A stretch of DNA of 58,908 nucleotides, filler included, from Sphacelaria rigidula (lineage: Eukaryota): assembly GCA_964200075.2 (NCBI GenBank). It is 6 parts of 6 records of this genome, joined end to end, with 100 filler letters (N's around TTAATTAATTAA, not from the genome) between each part and the next. Parts side by side here need not be neighbours in the genome. Positions count along the whole stretch, not along the records: positions 29,507 to 39,240 come from CAXNAA020007874.1; positions 39,341 to 49,074 come from CAXNAA020007875.1; 4 more parts are not named here. One strand, given 5' to 3'. Under the pieces are notes generated by a model, which had not been told where the DNA came from, did no database searches, and saw nothing but the letters and a program-made list of their open reading frames with translations. Below, in pieces: positions 35,796-47,778 of this stretch. The position numbers and the translations under genes are program-made. The first letter of the stretch is position 1. Each line of letters begins with the position of its first letter.

Positions 35796-35901
35796 TGGCT
35801 ACACAAAACAACGGCAATTACTCGGGAAAGAAAAACATGGTGACGCGGCGATCCATCGTCGAACCACGTTCAGTCCCAGCGTTTTTCAAGCCTGGGCCTG
35901 C

Positions 35902-36227
35902 GGGGGGGGGTATTGCGGATCGCGGCGTAGTGGTGGTAGCGCAGTACGATGATGGGCCCGTCGATCATGACGGCCAAGAGCCCGGAATGCTGACTGCGGG
36001 AACTGGCAAGTGCCGCAGTCAGGGGTGAGGATGTTTGGATCCGTTCGTGACGGTTACATAAACATTCCTCTTTACTTTCAGCTTGAATTTGATTTTGTGA
36101 ATCGATTCTCAGCCGGCACCCTTGTTTCCAGAGCTCTCAGGAGCCGAAGCGCCTGTGCACTGACTGAGTGATAAAAAACATCACTACAGAAGAGAAGTAT
36201 CATCGCCCTGAAGCTGTGATCAAGACA
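35902..36227 (+). repeat. Polypurine tract (G9) followed by a putative 3' LTR
   Basis: G9 at 35902-35910 directly precedes tattgcggatc. Tentative right end ...gatcaagaca at 36227. No second LTR in the contig to confirm it. Confidence 0.5.
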
Positions 36228-36629
36228 CGCTGACGTTCAGCGTGAACCGTTCTGCGCTGGACTTTTCCCTCATGCCGTGCGTCTGCTGGTTGGTTATCGA
36301 AATATAGGTGAGACAGCACGGATGCAAAATATAGATAGCACGTAGTAGATAAGGCAAAATACCGTCAACACAGTAGTAACAATGAATGGGTGCACAAAGA
36401 GTACGGTGTGGCTCAGGAGGGCACATTTCCCAGAATAGTAAGCATTGTAATATAGTATGCACGAGTTTGTATGCATATAGGCTAGCGAAACTTGGTTACT
36501 TGTAGGAATGAGGGGATGTGTTGTATCGCTAGTCGCGTGGTAAAGGCATACAGTGTTGAGAACAACCGTGGATAATCCATCTGTTTGCAACATGGTGCTT
36601 CAAACCGGGAATTACTGTGTCAAATCTTA

Positions 36630-39170
36630 GCACCCGTGTGGTACATAGATCACACCTTCATGCAATTTTGCCAAATACTCTGCCAAGGGATGCAGCAGCT
36701 GACGTGAGACTCCGATCTTCATATGTTTAACAAGATATATGAAGAAAAGGAAACGAAGCGTAATTTCGTTTTCATTCAAGGGGGCAGCATATGTCTTTGG
36801 GATACAATCTGATGAATCGTAACTAACCATTATTGCGCATGCTGGAAGCGACGCGCTCACTTTTTGCGCCCAAATAGTGGGGGTCAAATTGCGGAGATGG
36901 CTGCAGTGGTCACCCACATTTCAGATTGTTGTGGTGTGGGTCAACTCACCCATGTCTCCGGACCGCGTTTCAGAAGGGAACCTCGACAAAGTCACCATGC
37001 CGTGGAAGAATCCTCGATCGTTGCACTCGTTGTCGATCAAGCTGAACAAGTTTCCTAGCTGCAAGCTCATCAGCCTATCTCTCCTTGTCTTCGACTTCCC
37101 CTTGGACTGGAGCTGGTCGGGTTGCATGCAATATCCGAAAGGAATGCAGTGCTCGTCGTGGAGAGATTGCAATCCTTTTTCTCTTGGTGGTCACAGTCAC
37201 GACCGTAAGCGTGAATGAAACACCCCCCCGATAATCGTACAGCTGACACTTTCTACGATAGCCCCCCCCCCCAAACCAGCTAAAAGTGCCACGAAAAAAA
37301 TGGCCATAAAGCGCCTGATGTTCGGGTTCAGGCTGCATGAAGCGCCTTATATTGGCGACATCGGCTAGGACGAACCCAAGCGTGGGAATTCCCAGCTTCT
37401 CGTTGTGCTCGGCTTTTCCCATTTCGACTTACGTGAAGATTTTTCTTCCCAAAACCGTGCACTTTTTTGGGGGGGGCTATCATAGAAAGTATCAGCTACG
37501 TTACGCTCCCCTTGGAGTGCGTTCCGCGGGGGAATACAACCGGTTGACGGTGCGCCGCCCTGAGTATCAAACTTGACGCGCTTGGTCGGTTTAGGAAGTC
37601 CTTCCTGCGGACGCTTTTGCGTATCCCTGGCGGGGGGGGGGGGGGAACTCCGAACGGTGTGCCACTGCATGGCGTTGATACCCCCTGATTACTAAAGGCT
37701 GCGACGGCGCTAACCCCATCCTCGATGGCGTGCTCCTCCGCGTTTTCACGCAGGAGTCGCTCCTTAGTGGCCACCAACCCCGCGTATAGTGGTGCGCTGT
37801 GTGACCTACTGGAGTGCGTCAACGCGGCAGCTGAGTGGTTCATAACTTCGTCCGTAGTGTTGGCCTACTCGAAGTGGCGCTGAAAAGCCGACACGAAGTC
37901 GCTACAGATGCGATAAGTGATTTGCCCTCTCCTCTTCATCATGAAGCTGGCCAGATCGCCATGGTTTACCGGTAACATGCGGACGTCATCTTCCGAAGCT
38001 TTGTTGGGAATCTGGACCAGATTGTTCGTCACTAACCGTGCTGTCGTGCTGGGCATCACCAATCGGTGAAAGCTTCCGTACAAACGCAAGACTAGAGTCT
38101 CCGAGGCCCCCCTCCAGAAACATTCCTCTTCAGCAAGGTGCGGAAAGGATGGAGAAATCGTGGCTGCGATGGTCAACAGTACGAGGCGGTGAGTGGCTGC
38201 TACGTAGCTCTCATTCTTCAGTAGGTTTACGTTTTTAAGAGCGGTCCCGCATCACCTGTATCCATCCTGGCCTCCTCGGCTACCAACTTTCTGAGCCGTT
38301 CCAGGGCGGTGACGTCTCCAAATGGTACTTGCATTATGTTGCCCGATACGCCGGGCACCTCAAAAGCAGTTTCCCTCCAATTAGTCATTTCGGTATAGGT
38401 GGCGGAAGTGGGTAACACAACCCGCATGAGTATATCCCTACGTCTGTCGGTGTATTGGTCCGCCTGCGGTTTCAGCAGCTTGTCAGCCAAGGGAGCGTCT
38501 GTGGGTACCCGCCAACTTCCCCCTTCATACACCGCTAAAGTGGTACGAAATGATTTAAGAACAAGACCGCCGGATTCCGGTAAGTCAAATCTCCAATCCA
38601 GTCTACGAGCCGTCCCTTATACACTATAACATCCGCATCCTTAGCTCCCAAGAGCTTGGATAGGTTAGAAGCCTGGCGTGATACCGCTTCCTGGTGTTTC
38701 AGTATAACAGACCAATCACGGTCGAACGGCTGAGCAGAAGGTGCGGGAATGCTAGGGTATGTGGCTCCATACGGTGTCAACCCATCCAACCCGGATTGAG
38801 CAGCTGGAGTTGTACCGGACGGATTCAACGATCCATAGAATGAGCTAGAGTAGAGACTGACCGAGTCGGGTGAAACCATATACCTAGAGCGGCGGTGGGG
38901 GGGCAACGGCGGCGGAGGCGGAAGCTGGGAACTAACGAAATTCCTGGCAGCATGCGCCTGCGGGGCCCACGGAGACCCAGAGACTGGCATCACCTGCTGA
39001 GGAGGCGGAGGAACAGACGGCAGGACGTTTTGTTGTCCGGGGGCAAGGTGCCCCTGCTGCTGATGCTGATGAAGAGTAGAAACGATGCACAGCAGCTGTG
39101 GGTACACGCTAGAGTTTGGCACCACAGTAAGAGTAGCCACAGCTTACCAGTAGCGGTGTTACTGGACAAC
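36630..39170 (-). pseudogene. Long decayed intronless coding region of unknown family (P/Q-rich N-terminal part)
   Basis: Chain of near-abutting minus-strand ORFs (39140-38535, 38532-38227, 38176-37865, 37843-37496, 37172-36921, 36917-36627). It is interrupted by a MITE and bordered by a LINE tail. Confidence 0.5.
37245..37493. mobile_element. MITE of the 'GACAC' family, 4-bp TSD (AGCT)
   Basis: agct|gacactttctacgatagccccc ... gggggctatcatagaaagtatc|agct; the interior is inverted relative to the 13338 copy. Confidence 0.9.
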
Positions 39171-39179
39171 GGGGCAGGA

Positions 39180-39240
39180 GGGGGGGGTGTACTCATTCCT
39201 TGCTTGCCTTAGTCGTTTGACCATTGACCACGCATCCCTT
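39180..39240 (-). mobile_element. LINE 3' end with C-run tail; the contig breaks inside it
   Basis: Reverse complement reads aagggatgcgtggtcaatggtcaaacgactaaggcaagcaaggaatgagtaca plus C8. Confidence 0.88.
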
Positions 39241-39340
39241 NNNNNNNNNNNNNNNNNNNNNNNNNNNNNNNNNNNNNNNNNNNNTTAATTAATTAANNNN
39301 NNNNNNNNNNNNNNNNNNNNNNNNNNNNNNNNNNNNNNNN
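39241..39340. other. Artificial contig linker
   Basis: Same structure. Confidence 0.98.
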
Positions 39341-39344
39341 CGCC

Positions 39345-39427
39345 TTCCTCGGAGTGAAAGTGACGGGGATTGAACCCCCACGACTAACGTTTGTGACGGT
39401 TTAAGAGACTACCAACTAGACTACTGA
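39345..39427 (-). mobile_element. tRNA-derived SINE-like head
   Basis: Minus strand has A-box-like TAGTCTAGTTGG and B-box-like GGTTCAATCC about 35 nt apart; related to the 44230-44340 element. Confidence 0.6.
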
Positions 39428-39478
39428 CAAAGTCTGACTTTGTCAGTAGTCTAGTTGGTAGTCTCTTAAACCGTCACA
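39392..39478. repeat. Perfect 43-bp inverted repeat with a 1-nt spacer
   Basis: tgtgacggtttaagagactaccaactagactactgacaaagtc-T-gactttgtcagtagtctagttggtagtctcttaaaccgtcaca. Confidence 0.97.
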
Positions 39479-39559
39479 GGCTCCAAAAATGTCCAGGCTT
39501 CATACACCTCCACACCACTGACATACGGTGGGCTGACACCTCTATCCATAAGTGCTTGT

Positions 39560-39735
39560 GACACTTTCTGCGGTAGGCCCCCGAAAAAAACAAATGGCTG
39601 GTTTGGGAGGGAAAAATCTACACGTAAATTGAAATGAAAAAAGTCGAGCACAACGAGCAGCTGGGAATCCCCACGCTTGGGTTCGTTTTCGCCAATGTCG
39701 CCTGCATGGGGCGCTGAATGCAGCCTGGAACCAAC
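39560..39735. mobile_element. Left part of a 'GACAC' MITE, truncated by the adjacent LINE
   Basis: gacactttctgcggtaggcccc...gagcacaacgagcagctgggaatccccacgcttgggttcg matches the other copies; the right TIR is absent. Confidence 0.8.
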
Positions 39736-40581
39736 AGAGACATGGGACAGTGAGGAAATTGATATGGCAATAAAGCTCAAAGAACATGCAGAGAAAGAGA
39801 TCGCCAGCCATACTTGATAGGGCTATATGGCAGAAAATGACGACATGTCAAGCTAGAATAACGTGTGGTAGCGCAGCCGAAAAAATATGGAAGAATGTAG
39901 AGAAACCCAAGACGAGATACTGTTGGGAGTGCGAATCGGGGGAATGTCAGCCTCCGACAAATGTCCGGGTTGTTCGACGACATTTTTCTGACCATAGGCA
40001 ACTCATCTCAACGCCAAGACGGGAAGCACACGAGGAAGAGCACCTGAAGATATAAGGCTGGTTCAGAGAGGGGATAGGGACCGAAACGTAGCTGCATGGC
40101 TCAACGGACTCCGCGAAAATAATTGAAAGGGCAATTTCGGGGCGGGACCTGGATCTGCCAGGAAGAAGAGAAGATATATACCGGTCGCCAAGTGAAGGAA
40201 GTAGATAGACAGAACTGCCCCTGTGGCAAAGCAATAGAGAGTAGAACTTATATAGTGGCAGAATGTGAACTGTACAAGGAGGAACGAGACATGCTAGAGG
40301 GGGAAACATGGGAACTAAACAAAGGTGGCATGGAATCGCGTGACGCATTAGACAGTAACGAGAAAACGATGGCTGTACTAGGAGATAGATGGTGGCCACA
40401 GACGGCGAAACAGGACGAGGATAAGATGTGGAAAACGTTTCTGTGAAATGTATGGAAGACACGTAGTGAGCGCCGAAGTGTTGGGGGTGTCTCTATCAGG
40501 AGTAGACGGTACTCTACCCCGGAAGGGATGCGTGGTCAATGGTCAAACGACTAAGGCGAGCAACGAATGAGTACGCCCCCC
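39736..40581 (+). mobile_element. 5'-truncated, decayed LINE (ORF2 C-terminus, short 3' end, C-run tail)
   Basis: EEEHLKI..., NCPCGKAIESRTYIVAECELYKEER...LGDRWWPQ; ends gaagggatgcgtggtcaatggtcaaacgactaaggcgagcaacgaatgagtacgcccccc. Confidence 0.9.
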
Positions 40582-43108
40582 GCCGCGCCCCCCCGTCTTC
40601 TCCTTTTCGGGCTCCCTTTAGCGAGAAAATCCGTTCGTGCATTTACCCTCAGGGTAGGTGCATTCCCAGCTTGTCGTCACCACGGCTTGACGATTTCTGA
40701 GCCACTAGCAGATCCGTTCATGTGCGATAACTGACCAACAAATGAAAAAATAGTAACTCCAGTGAGACATACCACAGTTCAGGGGGTCGGCGTACTAAAG
40801 CGGGAAGATCCTTGTTTTATACGAGTAGTACCCGTATTGCTTCAAAGACAAACATAATAGCCTCTCCCCTCACTCCGGCGATTGTTCGCAAGACAGCACC
40901 AGCCCAATCTCAACAGAGAACCACACACACACGCGCGCACGCACACCTTCTAGAATAATCTGTGCTCCCGCCAATGCAATTCAGTCACCATTCTATCCAT
41001 TTGCTTAGTCGGCACGAGGAATGCTCTTTTGTTGCCTCCGCTTATTCCGTTTTCATTTTACAAATACTCGTCTCTTGATCTAACTACAGCAGCATTTCCC
41101 GCACAAACAACCTTCGCCACGGGATCAACACCTATGGTACGGTAACGTGCATGGTGATGATCTGCCATGACACCTACTGATCAATATCGTTTGTTTTTTG
41201 GAGTATCAGCGCATAGACGCCAGTGCAGTGCGGGGGCTGTGGCGACCACCGCGACCACGGCTCTAGACGCCATCATGGAACATGACTCCAAATTTGTACG
41301 ACGTATCTTCTGCGGTATCTTGAAGCACGTATCCCTGATCCACCACCTGTTCATGGGCCGTGGAGGTTAACTGAGCATTGCCGTAAAGAATGTTCAGAGC
41401 TCAGTACTAGGATCTCTATGATTATGTGCATAAGTAACTTACTTCAAAATTATGTCAACTCCACGATGCAACATGTTCTGCAGAGGGTGTTAAACAACAT
41501 GACGAGACAAGGGGAAACCGTGCTGCCCTCTCGCCAGCCTTTGGCGTGTTTATTTCGATCCTCCGCCCCCAAATGTGACAAGAACCCTGTGGATATTTAA
41601 CAAGTGTACGGGATTTCGTCAAAACACACAAAAGTTCTCCAATCTTTGACCGGCGCGTGAACCATAGTCGTCATCCGATGCCTGAAAAGATCACTTGTTC
41701 GCGTAGAATTTTAGTCATATTTCAGCCAAATCGAGCACCAACATATCGTGTGTTACGACAAGGTTGTAGCACCATCAGTTCTTCGTAGCCCATCCCTACA
41801 CAGAAATTGCTGAGAGCACAACACCCTACGGGACGCAAGGGCGACAAATATCACTCGGAGATATGGTAAGCCTCGCTATGACCACCCCCTGTGGGAATCG
41901 GCCAGATCCAGGGTTTTTCTACGGGCTTAGCTCTGTGCAGCGGATGCCTGTGCGGACAGAAGACCACGAGAAGGTCTGTTCAAGTTCATGAGCCGAAACG
42001 CGCGTACTGTACGCGCGACGTGGCATCATCCTTCGCCTTTGGCCACGACGTACAGTAGTCAATCCGAGTTCATTCTTCACCTAGTGAATGTGTGTGACCC
42101 TATTGTCATATGCGAGAGCTCCTTGTGAAAATATCTCGGGATCTCCGCTGTCAACGGGGCCAACCTGTTGATCGCCCGAAGGTGCCCATCTTTTGAATCG
42201 ACATCATTTTCATTCGAAAAATGCACCAGAATCAGGTGCCCGTTGGAGATGCCCGGATTCTCACTACTGACTGTACTGTGCTCAGGGCGTGTTTGCGCAG
42301 TAACCTGGCTTCGACCGCGGGGGTGGGCGATCTGGGTTTTACTCACTATTACTCAAGTGAGAGTGGTCCTGATTCAACAGATAATCCACCCTGGCCGTCA
42401 AATGGTTAAAATCAAGTCACGAGACATGAATGAGCTCGCGTGCACACAATGCTTTTGGTCAAAAGGTTGGTCAACGCAGATGATTTCTGTTTTTTTTGTA
42501 CGATTACAGTACTGTACTTATACTCGAGTGTCGTTCCGCGAATGTTGCCGTTTATACAAGATAACTTTTGCTGTATGTGTATCTCGCCACCGCGACAGGA
42601 TTCGCACGGGCGGGGCCAGTTGATATAATAATGTGTTCTGCTCGTACTCGTGCTAGATTTTTGGGGAGTTGGGCGCTGGAAATTTGACACGATATTCCAC
42701 CATGAACACGCGTAACATCTACTCGTACAGGATGCTAAGAAAAACGACAAAACGGGAAATTAGAGCGGTTTGAATTTCAGAAAAAGGTGGAAAATGTCAC
42801 ACCTCCGTGAAAAGAAAAGAAACGGCGGTGTCCCCCGTCGAGAACTCTGTGCTTGCGCGCATATGATCCTGGTAATCTTTCGGCTACAAACTCCTGAAAT
42901 TCGGCTCAGCGTGGAACTCTGATGTGACACCGCTCCGCCCCTGTATTCTTAGGGCCTGTCTTAGCACCTTTTTTTTTCGATCGAAATAGTGCGGTTGCTT
43001 TTTCTTTTGCCCATCTCATAGGTCCACCGTGTTTATGTTCCTTGAAGGCTTCAACTCAAAACTAAAATTAGCGGCGCGCGGAGAAGAATGCAACGAGGTA
43101 ATGTTTTC

Positions 43109-44803
43109 CAGTGTTGAAAATCGGATATCGATACTCGATACGATTTCGGTAATATCGGTCGATACGGCGTATCGGTATCGCCGCTTCCCAAGCCGATACT
43201 TGTCGATACGTATCAATATCAAAATCAATATCGGATATTGATATGGTCGATATATTTTATATATATATATTACCGGGGGGGTGGTGGACAGCACATTGTG
43301 CCACCGCCCATCACCCCACTGCCCATCACCCCACTGCCCACCACCCCGCCACCCACTACACTCCATACCCACCATACACCGCACATCCACTTGCTGCGAA
43401 CCACACCAGTCTGCAACATGAGCCGCCTTCAGACTTTCGGCTCTGTGAAAGGCGGTAGCGCAGAGTTTGCGGTCGACGTTTTTGCCGAACTGTTGTATAT
43501 GTTTCGGTTACGACGGCTGCTGCTGCACCAGTGGCCGCTCCATTACCACTCAACTAAGAGTGGAGAGAGCGGGCAAGCAGATTTACCCGCGAAGTCCGAC
43601 ATTTCTACAGTGTTTGCACGTTGTAGTTGATAGTTTAGCGGTATCTCGTGTGCAGACATCAGAAAGGGGGCGACAGAGTACCACGAATTCCTTGTGAATG
43701 TTTCAAGTCGGCGGGAGTGTTTCGCGTGTGACGGTAGAAGGTTATCTCTTCTCAGCATATCCAGTTTTCTCTACAAGCTTTGGAATTATATTGCTTCGGC
43801 GTTAAGGTGTCTGGAGAGGATACTACTTCGTTGTGTAGCCGACAATGAAAAAATTGGATCTGTGCTGCCGACTTGTCCCTTGTTTGGTATGGAGAACAGG
43901 AATAGCGAGCGCGCATTTGAATTCACCACTGTTCGCTCAGTTTCGACGTTTGGCGCGTTTGTTATTGAATAATGAGTGCTTTCGCAGTGCGCAGTGCGGA
44001 GAGCCGAGGTGTGTGTGTTGTCGTCCCATCTATTCTGGACGCCGGCCTACACCTTTCGGTATATGTGGGCGCACCAGCCGGGGTCACACAGGAGGAAGGG
44101 CAACACAGGACTTTTTTTTTTTTCAAGTACCCCAACTTTCCTCTGCAGTACTTGCCTTTATTTTTTATCGCGAGAGAGGTGTAGCAGTGCCTTTCCCTCG
44201 TCGACCGTCAGATCGATTTTTTTGGGCACCCACGACATAGTCACTCTCCACTGCTGGGCATGGCGTGAGAACAAATCCCAGATCGCTCCGAGATTTGAAC
44301 CCACGACCCAACCGTCAGAAGGTTTCGAGGTTACGGAATAGTGGCCGCGGAATATACTTTGGTGTATCACCGGCTTGAATAACACACTATCTTTCATGCA
44401 TCACACCTCGAGTTGTGATCAACTACCTCTTTTGCGACTTACCCCTTGCACGATGACCCATTTTGGTCAAACCGAAGCATCACGCCGCGTCTTGTGCCGC
44501 CACTTCTATGATGTCAGATAATCAATCACAGATCACACACTGGTGCTCCTGTACCTTCATACAATCAGGCGTGCACCCACTTCGGGTTAGGTCGCTAGTG
44601 TCAGTGTAGTACCGTGAGGTCTTCCAAGCTGTGTCCCCACCAAAACAGCCGTATCGTATTGCATCGAGTATCAGTATCAACTATCGATACGTATCGGGTC
44701 ATTTGCTGCGTATCGAAAAAAATGTCGGTATCGACGTCTTGAGGTCGATACGTTGAAAATATCGTATCGAACTTGTATTTTTTCCGTTCGATATTCAATA
44801 CTG
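43109..44803. mobile_element. hAT-like internally deleted element with TATCGA-rich subterminal repeats
   Basis: Left end cagtgttgaaaatcggat, right end ttcgatattcaatactg (inverted). Dense tatcga/cgata repeats at 43120-43255 and 44650-44795. No TSD visible. Confidence 0.65.
44230..44340 (-). mobile_element. tRNA-derived SINE-like fragment
   Basis: Minus strand gtaacctcgaaaccttctgacggttgggtcgtgGGTTCAAATCtcgg has a B-box; it does not form a full cloverleaf. Confidence 0.6.
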
Positions 44804-45479
44804 AAAAAACAATCGTTTCGATTAAAAACATGCGGTCGAAAGGCACGAGGCGACACTTGACTCCTCTCTTACACACCACCACACCAGATAACACCTGTTC
44901 CCCGGACCATGCAAACTTCATCCAACTCATTCTCAGCTACCACCGCAACCCTTCAGCATAGAGCACGAGTCGAGCACAGGGATAGATACACTACAGTAGT
45001 CGAGCGTGCCTTGTTAATCTTCCGTTGGCGAACACTTGCACATCTTCTCTCATGGTAGCGACCAGCGACGGAACTGCGTGGTACGGTGGGCAACCGAGTT
45101 GCGCGGACGCTCATGGACAGTGCAGGCATTACAAAGCTGCACGTTGCTGAAGTCCTTTCCACGTCGCATTGTAAGTAGAGAGAACTGATATTCTTGGGCT
45201 CTCTGTACTGCACGTTGGCCGCTTCTCCTTTATTTCCTCTTGCACGAAACGCGCACACACGCACTCAACACACCCTGCTTGCAAGCAGTCCAGATAGCCC
45301 AGACTGTCTGTACTGTACACGAATAACCATATGCCGTTTCACGAATTTCACTGTCCTTTTTCGATCGAAAGCTTGAAAATCCATCTGCACCCAACTGCAT
45401 CAAAACGAGAAAATTTCGCTCAGATCGATTTCACCGCCGCATTTTATCGATCGAAAAAAAAGTGCCAAGACAGACCCTT

Positions 45480-45741
45480 GGTGATGGAGGAGACTCCAGC
45501 TATTGAGTTCACGAGTTCGAATCCCGACATATCCTTTTTTTCGTCTCAGAATCTGGTTCCGTGGCTGAGGTCATACATGATTCAGTACATTTTTCCATTC
45601 TCCTTGCTTTTAGCGGCTGAGCGTGCATGACTAGGTTGCTCTGCATATTACAGCGATGTCCTTAAATCGGGCTGATTCGGGAAACTGAAGAAGTTCTTGT
45701 CCGCTACGGGGTTCTACGTTTTACGACTGGCCCAGCTTGTA
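45480..45741. repeat. Diverged partial copy of the TA-flanked MITE at 57624-58205
   Basis: gactccagctattgagttcacgagttcgaatcccgac versus gactccagttatggaggtcacgagttcaaatcccgac; ends ctggcccagcttg|ta, like the right TIR. Confidence 0.65.
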
Positions 45742-47621
45742 GCGAATCACATAATGCGCAAGTCAAGACAATATGTCGATGAAATCAATTAACGACATCA
45801 AGGCAGTGGATAGGAAAGTCGCTGTCTTCGCCGTGAGGTATACTCTGCTTCAATAAAACAATACAAATGGTTAGCACGATGTCAGGGCCGGCGAACTACA
45901 CAAGCAGACAACGGGCAAATGTAAAGTGGCCAGGAAGAGGGACACTGGGTGATTTTTAGTCCCTTGGGGCTACCGGTGGTCAGCGATATCGCGCACGTGA
46001 TAATGAACGCGAGGTATTTATCGTTTTCTTGTCCATAAAAGGGTGAATCATTGCCCCCCAAAGAGGTACAAGTGGCCAGAAGTCACAAATTGTAGCCAAC
46101 AGAAGGTAACGTCCATGGAAAGTACAGGCGAGCAAGTACATCTTGCCACTGTGGGCAAGTGTATCTGTAGAGCGTAAAACAGCTCTGGCGGGTTACCCGT
46201 AACCACGCAGCTGTCCTCAGTACCATCCTCTTGGCTTCTTCGTGTTCTCCTTGCAACGCTTTGGCACAGACGAAGCATCACTGTGTGTGTTGTCGGCATC
46301 AACCGACTACACTGACGGCGGCTACCCTCCCGACGCAGAGGAAGTTTGAAGTTTTGGCTTGCATCCTGTATACGTACCTCCGAATGCATAAACCACGCAC
46401 TCACAACACTGACTGCATGTACGCCTGAAACTCCGGTACACACCGAGCACGATAGTCTTTTGGGGGGTAGCGCACGGGACTGTACCGTGTTGTGTATGCC
46501 GCGCCGTGCGGTGCTGTCGGGTCCGCACGAAGAAAAGGACCCAAAATACGTAATCCCGTGTCTATCCGCTTCAACCACTTGGGCTGGAGAAGACACGTAT
46601 TGATCCTGAATCAGCAACTCTGCACTAGCCGTAGGGTTAGACAAAGGTACTGAAACCTTTGTGATTCAACATCGGTCGGTGACAAGTCCGTAGTGGGGAG
46701 TGGTGGGGCGACTCGCTCTCCCCAGCCGATCCTATGAATACAGCTGTACTCATTTTTGCGGCGGCCCTCGATTTTGCGGCGTTCATGCATATGAAGACCG
46801 CATCATCGAAAGTAGGGCCTCAAGCACGAGGTCTCGTTCCGGAAACAATGTCGCCCATTGACAATCAACGCCGGCAACCCCCACCGTTTAGCTGAGCAGC
46901 TTCTCTCTGCTCGCGCGAGGACCTTCCAATCCGGTTGGCGAAGTATCGCGTTATACTCGTTGGTTCCCATTCACTCTCTCATCTATCGCGTATTGCTCAG
47001 CTGGTAGCAGATACCTTTCACGTATTTCCATCGGCCGATCCATTGCAGTATGATAGTGTTCCACCTCTGGCACCTGGCGCTTAAAGGGTTGGAAATCCAA
47101 ACGATTGTCAAGCTGGTGAACATTTCTTTGTTTGACTACTCGACATCCTTAGCATAAGCACAGTAGTGGTACGTACACACATGAAAACGATGAAAAAGGG
47201 AGGATATTTTGGCGAGGCAATCGAGGGGAAAATGTCACCGCCTTCCCTCCTATCACCGAATGAGGGGTAGGGACGATTGTCGTGAGACGAACCAAGGTCT
47301 ACATCATAGTCAAATGCGGGGGGATATTTGATGGAGAGGGGCAAGAGGAGATTCGATGGGGGCACAATGCAGCTTGCGGTAGAGGCTCATGATCTTGGTT
47401 CACACATACACAAGTGTTGTATTGTTCAAGGTTTAGATCGAGACCAAATTGTGGACTGCAATCACTTGTGTTTATTCCCGTCGAAGCACTGCAGCGACAC
47501 GAGAGCAAGGCCACTACTTGTAGAGAAACTCGACAACTGTGAGCAGTTGCATCATACCATGCCCTTCCTTTGTCCCCTTCTCCCCTCCCGCCGTCCCCGC
47601 GTCGCGTTCCACATCATACAG

Positions 47622-47778
47622 GAGGCACTTGCGCGTCATCTCAACACGCATCTGGGAGAAGACGCGTTTGTTCAGCACTTGCTCCCGCTGGACCCTAAGG
47701 CGGTGAATTTTTTTGACAACTTTCGCGATGGGATACTGCTGTGCCGGCTCGTGAGTCTGGCGATGCCCGGCATAATAG
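47622..47778 (+). CDS. Internal exon encoding part of a fimbrin/plastin-type calponin-homology domain
   Basis: CAG|EALARHLNTHLGEDAFVQHLLPLDPKAVNFFDNFRDGILLCRLVSLAMPGII|GT matches the fimbrin CH1 pattern (HIN..L..D....LLP.DP....LF....DGILLCKLIN...PG.I). Other exons not resolved. Confidence 0.8.

Larger units (their letters stand above)
29815..36227 (+). mobile_element. Decayed Ty3/Gypsy LTR retrotransposon: PR - RT - RNase H - DNMT-like insert - integrase - chromo-like - Tudor-like - 3' repeats - PPT - putative 3' LTR; 5' LTR and gag missing
   Basis: Protease LDS*G (~29931) and VVDGLPYGF (~30055). RT GIIESPTSAWAAACVMV..KDG, YFKSVDLAS.FFQ and WLDD (31517-31528). RNase H HSDA..YGAGAALAQ, SATERE..AILW and TDYCAL, ending ADALSRL (~32300). 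Integrase lies after RT/RH, the Gypsy order. Many stops and frameshifts. Confidence 0.95.

Noticed and set aside
44280-44340. Functional tRNA gene
   Set aside because: A B-box is present but there is no intact acceptor stem or cloverleaf; treated as SINE-derived, as is 39345-39427.
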